A stretch of DNA of 58,600 nt, the filler included, from Sphacelaria rigidula (lineage: Eukaryota), in NCBI GenBank assembly GCA_964200075.2. It is 9 parts of 9 records of this genome, joined end to end, with 100 filler letters (N's around TTAATTAATTAA, not from the genome) between each part and the next. Parts side by side here need not be neighbours in the genome. Positions count along the whole stretch, not along the records: positions 1 to 6,423 come from CAXNAA020020163.1; positions 6,524 to 12,946 come from CAXNAA020020164.1; 7 more parts are not named here. One strand, written 5' to 3'. Positions within the stretch are counted from its first letter, which is position 1. The number at the start of each line of letters is the position of its first letter. Shown one piece after another: positions 1-11,700 of this stretch. The notes below the pieces were generated by a model. That model was not told the origin of the DNA. It saw only the letters and a list, made by a program, of their open reading frames with translations, and did no database searches. A program made the position numbers and the translations under genes.

Positions 1-92
1 GGGTGGTCCTTCCCGGTTTTGTGGGGTTGGGAGACCAATTGTTTGTTGTCTTTGGCATGTATGATCATGATTTCCCCCCCCCCCCCCCCCCC
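1..92 (+). mobile_element. 3' end of a poly(C)-terminated non-LTR family
   Basis: CAATTGTTTGTTGTCTTTGGCATGTATGATCATGA followed by C19 resembles CAATGGTCTGATGACTATGGCAAGCATGATCATGAG followed by a C-run at 32616-32661. Confidence 0.55.
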
Positions 93-939
93 GTGTACTG
101 GAAATTATTCGCCTAAGCGCGCTCGTCGCGCGCGCCCGTGTGACTGTTACCCATCCGGTCTTACCTACGGTCTGCATCAGTGGAGCTTCTACCCCCAACT
201 CTGAGTGGTGGTCAAGTGGCTCGAGTAGGAGCTCTAGCGCCCCTATGTTTTCAGATCTGTCGGTGTTCCGCGCACTTCCTCCTACTTTTGTTCGAGTTAA
301 CACTGCTCCTAGGCGTTTTTGGTCCGCCCTGGAGGCTCTAATACGCACCCCGACTCGATCAGCCAGGCCCCTGTCTGACCAATTCAGTCGGGAGTTTCCT
401 CTGAAAAAGGTAAGGTCTCCCTTCCGAAGGCAAAAATCTGGATGTACCAAACCATCGTTGTATGCCCAGATTTTGGAGGCCCTACACAGAAGGAAATACG
501 ATAGGGCTAGGCCTATCCATGTGACTCGGCTCTGTGTCGTATTTATCTCTAGCATCCTCCCTTCTACCAACAGCGATGGCGTCAGCGGTTTCCTCACGCG
601 GGGCCTTACTCCCGTTTTTCCGTGTACCCGATCAATTTCCTCGAGCACGACCGCTATCATACAGTGTTTCATAGGTAACTCCCAACCGGTATGCATCTTG
701 TAGTCGAAGTTCATCGCTGACAAATATCCCCGCACTGTCCCCCTCTGGTTCTTGTGGGTAAAAAGTCGCCACGCAATAAATTCGGTAATATCGGATACCG
801 CGCTAGCCTCGCCGTCGGTCCTTGACATATGTACAGGCTTATCTCGGCGTGCCCTCCACTCGGACCACGTTTCGAACTTTTTTCTCGTACCCGCTTCTCG
901 TGCTGGCGTTAATTGACGCGTGGGCTAGTAGTTCTGCTA
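93..939 (-). pseudogene. Tyrosine recombinase ORF of a DIRS/Ngaro-type retrotransposon (interrupted)
   Basis: The minus frame, which is absent from the ORF track, reads ASINASTRSGYEK/KFETWSEW...GTVRGYLSAM...RKPLT...LALSYFLLCRASKI...RASRADQKRLG...ATSALRRII. This gives an N-terminal SAM-like region, the catalytic-Arg box and an SKxDQ-like motif. There is a frameshift in the A-run near 880, and the ORF is cut before the HxxR motif by a poly(C)-tailed insertion. Confidence 0.88.
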
Positions 940-3861
940 TGGTGGTATTGGTCAAGGATCCCTGTACACTTGACCCTCCGTAACGTTTGACTGCGATTGA
1001 GGGGAAGAATATATATATCATGAGAGCCCATCGCAGAGGCTTTAAGAGTAGCGAGCTCTCTGAAGAACAAAAGAAAAGAAAAAAGTTGACCAAGCTCGGT
1101 CTTGAACCCCTGACCGCGGCATTAGTTCTCCTTTGTTTACTTTTTCTCCAAAACTTTGAAAACTGCAAGTATGAACTTTCATGATGAATTTACCTCGTGT
1201 ATTCGCTCAACTCCTGTCGGGCGCATCGCCAAGGGCCGCCCGGGCATCAGTGAACACTTGCACGCAGGGCACCAACTCATTCGTCACCAAAAAAGTCGAA
1301 ACAAGCTCGAAATAAGGGGTAAGCAACACAAAAAAGGGCGTACAACAGTAACGAAATTGCAGGCATGCCCAACCTTGTGGCTGCATGAACCAAATAGCAC
1401 ATAAATTATTTACAGACTGGTTTGGGCTTGGACACACGTCACAGCTTGTACTCGGACGGTGCAGGGCGACGGTGCGACTTGTAAATCTTGAAGTGCTCCT
1501 CCCCCTCAGGTCCTACGGCACCAGTCTTCTGATAAACAACGTTGTGCGTGTACGCCTTTCTACAGTAACCCTGCACGAGCGCAACGGACTGCCTGTCATC
1601 CGCCGCTCTAAAGCTCAACGGCACATCCTTGCGCAGTGCCTCCAAGGAGTAGCTGCAGTGCTTCCGTGTCCAACACTTTGCGCGGCCCCAAACGAGCTCT
1701 ATAGGATTGCACTCGCAGTGCTACTTCGGGAGCATTAGGCAGGTCCCGCCGTGGCGCAGCATCAGTAGCTCGAGGCTGGATTTTACTTCCTTGAAATCCA
1801 GCTGCTGTCCCGGAACATGCTCCGTGCTCTTGCCGAGGTCCTTCTCCTTCCCCCCATTCTTCGTCATCCCTTCCATTAGGAGCCCCCTCTCCCACAGGAT
1901 CTGCCGCATCCCCTTCAGCTTCCCGACATACTTCGCCGGCTCAAGATGCTGAGCGGAAAAGGGGGGGGGGGGTCGTTCGGTTGAAAGACCAGGTGCTGCA
2001 CCGTACCGTGCTCGAGCCGAGTTTGTTTTTCTCGAAGAGTGACGGCATCCATGGAGGCAAGCTCCTCCCCCTTCCTCTTACCACCGACGCCAACGTTCAT
2101 CCTCGCCACAGTTGGTGCGCCTTCTGCCAAGCAGTCATGGCAAGACGACCAGTCAAAGAGGCCGACCGGTTTGCAGTTGGGGTAGAGGACAGCAAGCATG
2201 TTAAGGACGTCTGCCATATGATCCAGCATCTTGAGGCCGGTCCAATACCCCTCCTTGTTCTTGCCGTACTCGAAGAGGTAGTACGTCCACGAGTCCCCTG
2301 CACTATCGACGTACAGATTGTCGATGCCGCGATACTTCTCCTCCTTCACGTCCTCTCCTCGGCGAGCCGCAGCCGCTGAAGCGGCGCATCGATTCTTGCG
2401 AATCTTCTCAGCCTCCTTGATCTGCTCCGGTGTTGCCGATACGAAGCCGACGTTGTGGACGATGGTCCCCGACACCATGATCCCCTGTCCTGGCGACTTC
2501 TTCTTTATGACATGCATGTCTTTTGTCCACCAGGCCCGCTTCTGGTCGTCATTGACTGTTGTCCATCGAGGAAAGCGCATGAGGGGACGGGGACAGAGAG
2601 CAAGACAAATTCGCTCAGAAAACATGACCCGACACACCACCGTAAAAGCGTTTGTATTGTCTGCGCCGGAAGTCAAGCCTTTCGAGGTCCTCAACTTGAA
2701 GGACGTAAGTAACTGCATTGTTTTCGAACAACAATATTGAAGTGTTTTACGTCTTTCTTCGTAAGTCTCATACCACTTTATCCCCTCCTTTTTTACCTCT
2801 AAAAATGCTCTCGTCCTGGTAGCAGAGAAGTGCCGTCTTGCCGTCGACGTACTTGAGCTTGCTCGTGATCCTTTCTTGCAAAGCATCCGGTAGCTCACAC
2901 TGCAGTAGCTGCAAATCGTCGACGCGCACCCAGATGCCGCCATCTTCGGTCTTATCCGAATCTGCCACTGTCCAAGAATCTACGCCGCCAAGTCTTTGCC
3001 TCAGCAGCGTCCATCTTGATCCACACGTTCATGTGGTCGCGAGTACCAAACAACGCGGGCAGATAGATGTCGTTGCGATACTCAGTTACCTCCTTCTTGT
3101 CGTGGCCGTCGAAATAGAGACCGCCTTTGCCGCTGTGGTACTCGCATCCCAACCTTTTGAGCCATGCCGTTGCAGTCCAAAGCGAGATCTGCCGCTGGCT
3201 TGGCTTGCCTTCCACTTTCGCCTTGCTGATACGTAGCCCCTTCAACGGATCGAAGGTGTCCGTCTTCAGCTCCTCAGGCTCGGGCACGATATCTTTGTTG
3301 AAGAACTGGCGGAAGTCCTCTGCTGTCTTATTCGCCTCCCCAGAGAGTATTCCGCCGTTGGCGCGAATCCAGTCCTCACATTTGCTAAGGAGACCGTCGT
3401 CGAGAGACAAGATGAAGTTTCGCTGCCAGCGCCCAAGCGCGTCTACCTTGATGTGGCCGCGCACGAGGAATCTTCTCTCCCACTCCCGCACGGTCTCTGG
3501 GGTACAAAACGCCGTCTCTACCGCCATCTGTAGGGCGGTATTGCGGGTGACTCCTTCGTTTTGTTGCCGGTACAGCACCCCTAAGGTAAGGGCGTGTATG
3601 ACGATCTCTCCCCACTGACGGTTCGACAGGCTGGTCTCCGGAGGAGGTTCCTGCTGAATGTCAACGGGAACGTGCCAACGGGAACTCAACACTTCAGCCT
3701 TTTGAAATTATGCTTGCTGCTGGCGAAGAAGCTCGATATAAACTACAGTGTCAACCCTCATCTGCAGAGGCGTTTGTGGATCGTACAAGGGTTCAAGTTG
3801 AACGGCACCAAATATGTCAGTGCCGTCTATTTTTCCGCAGGGTAGTGAAAACGGTTGATAA

Positions 3862-3894
<33 letters not shown>

Positions 3895-5161
3895 GCTGCT
3901 GCCGCTGCTGCCGCTGCAGTAAATCTAAGCGCAACTAAATATGCAGGCCTAGAATACAGTAAATTGCTGGACAGATCGATCACTCACTTCGTCTTCTTCC
4001 GACGCCGCTGCGCTGATGTAGACGCCAGAATCTTTCCTGATCTTCTCGAAGTACGTCAGCGACTCCTCCCGAAAGTCGTGCGCCACGATGTCCCGCATAA
4101 CCGTACTGGCTTCCTTGTCGCGAGCAAGCCGAAGCTTCTTCCGTGCTTGAGATTCGTTATAGCCCTTGTTTAGAAACCTCTTCCTCGCCTTTTGAGCTAA
4201 CTCTGGCGAGGTCTCCTTCCACACCGCCAAGGCTTCCTCCAGTCTCCGAGAAGACAGCTCGAAAGCTTGGGGCATGGCCCGTTCAAGTTGCTTTTGCAGG
4301 TCCAACGCTCGCTGTCGTGCGGCCTTCTTGCCCACGCTCCCCTTCGGCCGGCCGCCACCGTCTCTCGCGCCACCGCATCCCTTGCGCTTTCGTTCACCGC
4401 CCCCAATACCGGGGTGAAGGAGTGAGCCCGGTGCAGGGGGCACCAATCTCCCGTCCTGTCTGCTGGATGGCGTCTCGGCCTCCTCCCGGGTCTCGTCGTG
4501 CAAAGACGTTGCTGCTGGTGCAAGATCGATCCATGTTTGCGCTGTGATACCCTCGACAGCAAAAAGCTCTGCTGCAGCGTCGCGGCCGCGCGCGGTGCGA
4601 GTCGAGATTGTCTTGCTCTTCCACTGAAGTAACGGCTGATTTTCGCTGCCGGATGAGGCCCGGAAACCTGCACGGTACTTCCTATTGACTTTGCCTGTTT
4701 ACTGCCAACTTGCTGAGTGCGTACCCAGCAAGTACGGTGCTCTGCACATGTTGTAATGTAAGCTCGTCCAGCCCCATGGTCTCGCAACGGTACCCCTCCC
4801 GATGTGGCCAAAACAGTGCATTTCAAAGTTTGAAACATATTGGTTCTGTACAGACGAACCACGTTTTTGGGCCAGTTGTTTTAGAACCTGTTTTTTGCGT
4901 CGGTTCCGTTTTTTGTTTTGTTTTTTGCTTCATCGAATTTTTAAGTCGTCAAAATCCCTCTTCCGTAATTTCACCGCATTTTCAAAACAATTTCAAGCCC
5001 GCATTTCTCAATCCCATCGTCATAGAAGCAGACAAAGGTATGTTCAAACAAAAGCTTTTGCTCTCAGCTTTTATTTGATATACAAATGGTGTTCTAACTC
5101 GTCTGTACTCTGGAGATATGTTTCAAATTTTTGGTACAGGGATCCTTGAACAATACCACGT
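940..5161 (-). mobile_element. 4.2-kb TIR DNA transposon (IS630/Tc1/mariner-related) inserted at a TA in the recombinase ORF
   Basis: Inverted repeats GTGGTATTG(G/T)TCAAGGATCCCTGTAC at 942-967 and 5134-5159 (25/26 match), with TA at 938-939 and 5162-5163. Removing the element and one TA restores the recombinase frame LEARKALLAELLAHASINAST. Confidence 0.92.
1439..4503 (-). pseudogene. Spliced DDE transposase of the 940-5161 element
   Basis: Motifs GRPKGS, WLKRLG...YFDGHDKKEVTEYR, QDESIFR/VNDDQKRAW (joined by GT-AG intron 2796-2556), KKSPGQGIMVS, GKNKEGYWT, LFDWSSCH, KGMRQILWERGL, LPK*HCECNPIELVWG and YKSHRRP. Frameshifts near 3700, 2995 and 1965; stop at 1721-1723; (GCA)n tract at 3863-3919. 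Confidence 0.88.
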
Positions 5162-6352
5162 TAGCAACGCCTTTCTCGCCTCTAGCGGGGCCTCCTTTTG
5201 GTCCTGAGATGGTATCACGAGTTTAGCGCGAGTTCTAGACGTTATGTTTCAGATATGTTTGTCTAGGCTGTACTCCAGGGTTTTTTGCAGAATCATTTCG
5301 ACTATCTCTTTACCTCGATTTCCCAGATATTGCTGCTTCCAATTGAGGTTGCCTGATAACCGTGTTACCCTCCCGGCAACCTCTTACCCCGGCCATCTCG
5401 AGATGCTGTCTGCTACTTCGTTTCCGACGCCGGGTATGTGCTTCGCTGTGGTACACCACCCGGTTACGACTTCCATACGACCCATCATTCTCATCAGGAG
5501 GGCAGCGCGTCTCTCTTTCGAAGCCCCGGACTTATTTACCCAGTATACGGCCGACGAGTTGTCGCCGCGCATCAGGATTGGCTCCTCTCTCTCTGTGGGT
5601 CTTTCGCCCTCGAACATCTGGATAGCGCAGGCGGTCATGTACATTCCACACAGTTCTAGTGAAATGATTATGATCACGCAGGTCCATCTATTTCTTGCTT
5701 TCCTCTTCAGTTCGCATGTGAGCTCATGTAGTAGAGAGCACCGCCAAAATAATCTTAGCTCTGGGCAGTATCCTCCTACCGCTGCCAGGCTCGGGTCAGA
5801 GATGTATCTCCGAGATGCGGTGCGTTTGGTGTGGGGAAACAACGGGGCGCTAAGCGATTCACCGCATTACACCAGGTTCTCTGCGATAGCCCATTCCCGA
5901 AGAAGCGATGTCATCATGAAACTCCCATCCGAGTTCACTGTCCGCCTCACCTTACGTTTCTTTTTTACAGCTACATGTAGGTCGGTGAGGCGTATTAGTT
6001 GCCATACTAAGTATTTTCCGGGTCTTACAACAAACGTGAGGTTTCAAAGTTTTCCAGCTATGCTAAGTACGTCTTGCGCGGTCGCACGTATCTTGTCCGT
6101 GGACCAGTCGCGCTTCAGCAATTCTTTGACAGCTTTTACTTCTTCTCGAGTGATCGCTTTCCTCATGGTATGTGTGTCGATTGTGAATCCGAACGCGTCT
6201 ACGCTGGTGTCCCAGTTTGTACTTTTTGGGGGCGCGAGCATGGGTATCTCGCCTGGCTCTCCGGGACCGAAGAATCTGATGTGATCTGAGGCTAGCGAAG
6301 CTGAGGCGCCCGGCGCCGATTTATCTTGCGCGCCGTGCTGTACCCTTGCTAG
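5162..6352 (-). pseudogene. Reverse transcriptase C-terminus and RNase H of the same DIRS/Ngaro-type element, running into the start of the recombinase ORF
   Basis: RT thumb region GFTIDTHTMR...DVLSIAGKL*NLTFVVRPGK. DIRS-type RNase H motifs YISDPS..AVGG, ISLELCGM, MRGDNSSAVYWVNK and KHIPGVGNEVADSISRW. Several stops and frameshifts. Confidence 0.9.
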
Positions 6353-6423
6353 GAGCAATGATACGGTAGGGGTGCACTTTTTCCGCGAAATTTTGTCTGG
6401 TTCAGGGGCTCCTAACGATTCTA
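6353..6423 (+). mobile_element. Terminus of a repeated element, probably a TIR transposon; second copy at 25870-25990
   Basis: GAGCAATG(A/C)TACGGTAGGGGTGCACTTTTTCCGC...GGGGCTCCTAACGA is shared by two contigs with different left flanks. Both copies run into contig ends. Confidence 0.75.
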
Positions 6424-6523
6424 NNNNNNNNNNNNNNNNNNNNNNNNNNNNNNNNNNNNNNNNNNNNTTAATTAATTAANNNNNNNNNNNNNNNNNNNNN
6501 NNNNNNNNNNNNNNNNNNNNNNN

Positions 6524-6711
6524 GGTATCGTAAGCATAAAATTTCAAAATACCGGATTGGGCGGGTAGGGTAGGTATTGAAATGTCGAAATACCGTGGTA
6601 TCGCAGGTATCGTGGGTATAAGATTTCAAAATACCGGATTGGGTCGGTATCGGTAGGGTATCAGATGTCTCAAATACCGGTACCGGGTACCTACCTTGCC
6701 TACGGTGCCTG
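6524..6711. mobile_element. End of a hAT-like element with subterminal GGTATCG/ATACCG repeats
   Basis: Many GGTATC/ATACCG motifs in both orientations, ending ...CGGTGCCTG. The other end is off-contig, so no TSD can be checked. Confidence 0.5.
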
Positions 6712-7010
6712 TGGAATATTTCAAATATTATATTTCGCATATATGTTAGATTTCACATATTATATTCCATATATTACATTTCATATACTATATTTCATAC
6801 ATTATATGTCATATAATATATAGGTATATAGGTCTTTATTATACAAATGTTTCTTCTCCTCAATAGATATATACTGTATTATTTATATATTATAAACAAT
6901 ATAATTACACATTGTGTAAATATATATATATATATATAGAAATATCATATATAAAATATACTATATGATATATATTACATATGATACTCATATTAGAATA
7001 TATATGTGTA

Positions 7011-7845
7011 AGGCCGGATGTTATGGCAACAGATCTTTGGCCCACAGATTCTTGAATCCTGGTGAAACATATCCGCGGCCGATTTGGTTTCGGGAACGAC
7101 ATTATGGCAGCACACAGATTTTCATACCATACTATTCTGATTTGTATACCTCCAGGAGGGTTTCGAGTTTCATGTTTTTTAGCGTGTTTCAACAGCTCAC
7201 AGTCCCGCAGATGTCTCGTGTGCTGGGGCGTGCTGTAGTCTAGTAGTGATGTAGCGTCACTGCCGCAGAGAGGTCATCACCACCCCACTAACACCAGTGC
7301 AGGTTCTTTCCAGCACATAAGTAAGCGACCATGCCCCTCTCGTTCTTGCTAAAGTTGAATCCTTCATCGAAGGATCGCAGAACTACCCGCCAGACAGCGA
7401 CAATGCGCATCACATGTCTACTCTCTCAACGTCTTTGCAATGCTTTTTGCCAGGAGACCGACGAACAAGGCGTGTCGTTTTCTGTCTCGTACGCGTGAAG
7501 CGGGCTCCATGGCGCATCGGCTGCGGCGTGTGGTTTACTTCGTCTGTTGTTGGTTGTTGTCGACAGGATCACTCACAAAGGCGCAGCCAGCACGCCGGCA
7601 CATCCAAGAAAAACGCGGCGTGACCCCCTTATGACGGTCTGCCGGCCAAAACGCAAAAATCCGTGTGCAAAAATCTGTGCTTGCCGACCCCCGCCAGTTT
7701 GCCCAAAATTCCGTGGGACTCGGGCCCCGAATCTTGGCCAGGGATTTTTTCACCCAGAATTTCGATAAATCTGTACCCATAACGTGGGTGTCAGACGAAT
7801 TTTGAAGATCCGGGGCCGAAGATCTGTTGCTATAACATCCGGCCT
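7011..7845. mobile_element. 835-bp non-autonomous TIR element flanked by TA
   Basis: TIR of ~33 bp, AGGCCGGATGTTAT(G/A)GCAACAGATCTT(T/C)GGCCC, with TA at 7009-7010 and 7846-7847. Confidence 0.8.
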
Positions 7846-8750
7846 TAGACCCTGAAATTTTGCACAAATTATCTATGGGTAATTACGCAACTTTCGATGA
7901 TCGAGTTTTTTTTTACTTTTTGACATTTTTCGCCGTTTTTCGGGGGTCCCAGTTTTGGGGGGGAAACCTCGACCCAATCGGACCCCGGTAAAACGGTAAC
8001 AAAAAACAAGATGAAAAAACCACGTCCGTCCAAAGTTGCGTAATGTCCCAAAGCACAGTTGTGCAAAATTTCAGGGTTTAACTCCTTAAAACGGCGTGAG
8101 GTTTTCGGCTTTTGTACGATGAACTCTGTCGTGCCGCGGTGAAACCGCAAAGTACTTGATTTTGGTACCACAACGGCGTTTTTTAGCCTTCTTTGATGTG
8201 AACATGGAAATTCAAGCATCAGCTGATCGATTTTTGCGACGAAAATTTGTGGAGCCCATCCTTGGGTTATGCGGAGGCAAATAGTTTGCGAAGAAATGAA
8301 AAAAAAAATCGTAGTGCCGTTTTTCTGGGGTCCCAGAATGCAGACTATTTCAAATATCGGGTAGGCACCGTCGCTTGGCGTGGTGACCCCCGTAGAATGT
8401 TGAAAAAAATAAAAATAAAACCTCGTCCATCCAAAGTTGCATAATGTCCCAAAGCACAGTTGTACAAAATTTCAGGGTCTAACTCATTAAAACGGCGCGA
8501 GGTTTTTCGTTTTTGTGCGATGAGCTCTGCCGTGCCGCGGTGAAACCGCAAAGTACTTGATTTTTAGTATGAAGACGGCGTTTTTGGGTCTTCTTTGACG
8601 TGAACATGGAAATTCAAGCATCAGTTGATCGAGTTTTGCGACGAAAAATTGTGGGGGCCATCCTCGGGTTATGCGGAGGCAGATAGTTTGCGAAAAAATG
8701 AAGAAAACACATCGTAGTGCCGTTTTTCTGGGGTCCCAGGATGGAGACTA
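7846..8750. repeat. Dispersed modular repeat family A; other copies at ~51851-51945 and ~55436-56120
   Basis: The module AAACCTCACGCCGTTTTAAGGAGTTAGACCCTGAAATTTTGCACAA...CATTACGCAACTTT recurs in direct and inverted orientation in three contigs. Confidence 0.85.
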
Positions 8751-11700
8751 CCTCCAACATAAAATATATACGCTCCCTTGAGCTAACACGGCTGTCGTTA
8801 ATCCATGGAAGCTCTTTCTCAACGAATTATGGTGGGAGACTTCGTAGGCCAGCATCTCGTACGTTCGTTCTGCCCCCCTTCTCCCCCTGAGAAGGAGAAT
8901 CGAGACTTTGCTGCCGTAACATGGCGGGGGGCTGCACCTCCATATCGACCTCCGTTTGGCATCAACTGCCGAAAACGTGAAAAGTCATGACCGTTGGGCG
9001 TCTCGGACGAATTGTTATTTATTCATGTATCATCATTTCCGTACATTATTCGGATCTCTCGAACCCGTGGTTACAAACGTAGGCTCGTCTTTCCAATACC
9101 GCCCCTGCTATTCCTTACCAGACACAGGTTTCTCATCGTGTATCTGCAGACTTTACACAAGAAAAAAAAAATACAAACAAAACAACTCAACATTTTAATG
9201 CGAAGAGATACGCCAAAATAACAGATGAGAACTGCAGTAGCTTCCCGCGAGTGTATCGGGTGAAAAATATAAAATCCAGACCTGCTACCAAAGCGCACAG
9301 AACAAATGAAAAGATGAAGAAACAAGAATATAGAGGACAAGCTACAACAGCAACAAACCACCACGCTTCACGCCCCCCAAAACACATTACTGTAGTGCAA
9401 CTCACAAAATGTAAAATTTGTAACCCCGTGCGCACGTCATCTCCACAGACAGCGTCTATCCAATTAATTGTCCTGGATAAATGTAACTTCCATGTCCACA
9501 ATATTTCGGTGCTCCTTGCACAATGCCACCATCTTCTCAATGAGCTTGAATCCCTCTGCCCCACCGTGCTTTCGCTTCAACTCCTCTAAGTCAGCACCGC
9601 CAAGTAACGCATAGGTACGGCGGCAATCCCTCGTGCGCCGAGCAAACCTTCGAATCTGGCCTAGGGTGAGAATCGTCTCCGTCTTCAGCGCCTTCAGCAT
9701 GCTATCTTTCAAATTTTTAGGCTCCTCGTCATTGATCCTTCGCCGAAACTCAAGCTTCCCCTTTCCCCAGGAGTACTCGATACCTACCCCTGCCAACTCC
9801 GGGTGGCATTTCGGTGACGTAATCAGTATATGCCCGCGTCTCTCGAATACATGCTGCAGCGCAGTCCTCTCCTCTTTGAAATCTGGGCAGTCCCCCAGAA
9901 CGGTAAAGATGTTCTTGCCACTCATAGGGTCCGCCAAACCCGTCACGCCATCTTCCCATAACCCCCTCTCCCACAGCATCTAGGGAATTTCCTTCGGCTT
10001 GCCCTTGTATCCGATGATGGGTTCTTTCTTCCCGCCCTTGCCCGCAGCACACACTCGTACTTTACGGCCTTTCTTTGCACTCTTCGCCGGTGCCGTGGGA
10101 TCATGAAACAGCGGAGGGTCTCCAACCTAAAAGGTGGCGTGCTGCATGTCGCCCGGTTTTAGCTTGCAGTCCACTTCCTTCCCCCTTTACGTCATGGCCG
10201 CCGGCTTCGGACCCAAGCAGCCTACCGTCACCGTTGTACTGCTCATACTCGACCCCTTTGCCCCGTCCCACTTGACGTTCAGGTTGCCGACGTGCAAGCC
10301 ATCCTCTCGATACTTGGCATTTCCGCTGGAGTGATCCACCTCCATCACCAGCTGCCAGTCCGGGTACAACACCTCGAAGCAGTCCATGATGTCAACACAC
10401 TGCTCCGCAAACATGCCGCACTTCCAATAGCCCTACTTGTTCTTCTCGTACTCCAAAAACCTTGTCCCTGGGGTTTGCTTGAGGGCACCGCGACATTGGG
10501 TTGAGCGGAAAGCGTTCACACGAGCCAGCTCGTCCCCCGCCATCTCAAATCCAACCCCCCGAATCTCATTGAAAGGCAGAGACCATGATTCCTGGACCCT
10601 CTGTTTTCTTCCTCATCCCACGCACACCGGCTATTACCCACTCCTTCCCCTCTCGGAGATATGCTTTAAATATGCACTCATCCTGCCCCATATGCCACGC
10701 AGGCAAATGACATTTGCATACGCCCTTGTGGTGCGCACGACACGGACTTTCTGCCTCCGCTCTGAAATGTACGCTCTAGTTCCCGCCGTTCTCCGATTTT
10801 GCACGCACAATATTGAACGCACTGTCGGCAGCCGACGTTTTCTTCCCGCCCCCCTCAGGCTTCCGTCCAAGCCGATCCACGTGAAGTTCGATGAAATCCT
10901 GGCCCTCGCGCTTGTACTTGTATACCTCGCAGGGCAGGCCGTCATTCTCGATGGAGTTGACAGCGTCATCGGGCACATCGTCGAGGGGCATCTGCACCCA
11001 CACCGGCTGCCGAAAGGAAAGCCGCCGTAGCTCTGCCAGATACACCAACCGGTCAGCTACAACGTCGGGTTTGTTGTGGCCGTCGGTGTAGTAAGTCTGA
11101 GTCGCGCGGTCATACACACAATCCACACGCTTCATCCACGAGTGCACCAAGCCCCGCGAAACGGGCGTTACTATGCCACACACGTCCTTCATCTTTGCAG
11201 CGTCCATGTTGGTGTGCGTTCTAGTGAGAAGTTTGGTGTTCACGTAGTCGACGACCTTCGATACGGTCAAGCGCTTCTCTGTTTTCAAGTGCATCAGCAA
11301 CGTGTGCAAGAGGTCGTCCTCGGTGAGGATCCATTACTTGCGCGCTGCGCCTCTCTCATCTAGTTTGAAGTACCGCAGTTTGTTGAACTGGTTGTACCAA
11401 GCGAGCACCGTCTCGGCAGTGATGCTACCATGGCGGCGTGCTGCATCAGAAGCGATCGCCGGCATGGAATACGCTTCCCGCACCCTCTTCATTTCCTCCA
11501 GCCCTCCCTCTATTGCTTCGCTGCACCCGGCGCCCCCCAACAAGTCGGCAGCAGCCAATGCCTTCTTCGCCACGTCCGCCTAATCTCTGTGTCGTTGCGC
11601 TAGGGCCTCCAGCACCTTCATCGTAGTGCAGGCCTGTTCGCCCACACGGCCGATCTGGTGGGCTGAGCAGTCGTTGATGGCCGTCTTCCTCGCCTCGTGT

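Noticed and set aside
140..6284. Long plus-strand ORFs 140-703 and 5244-6284 (likewise 26454-27521 and 15312-15881)
   Set aside because: They are antisense shadows of the minus-strand coding sequences.
7869..8551. Similar ORFs (MLEF...KTSRRFKEL.PEILHN) at 7869, 8345, 51605, 55404 and 55720 as a protein family
   Set aside because: The similarity follows from a dispersed DNA repeat. Frames break differently among copies and no domain is recognisable.
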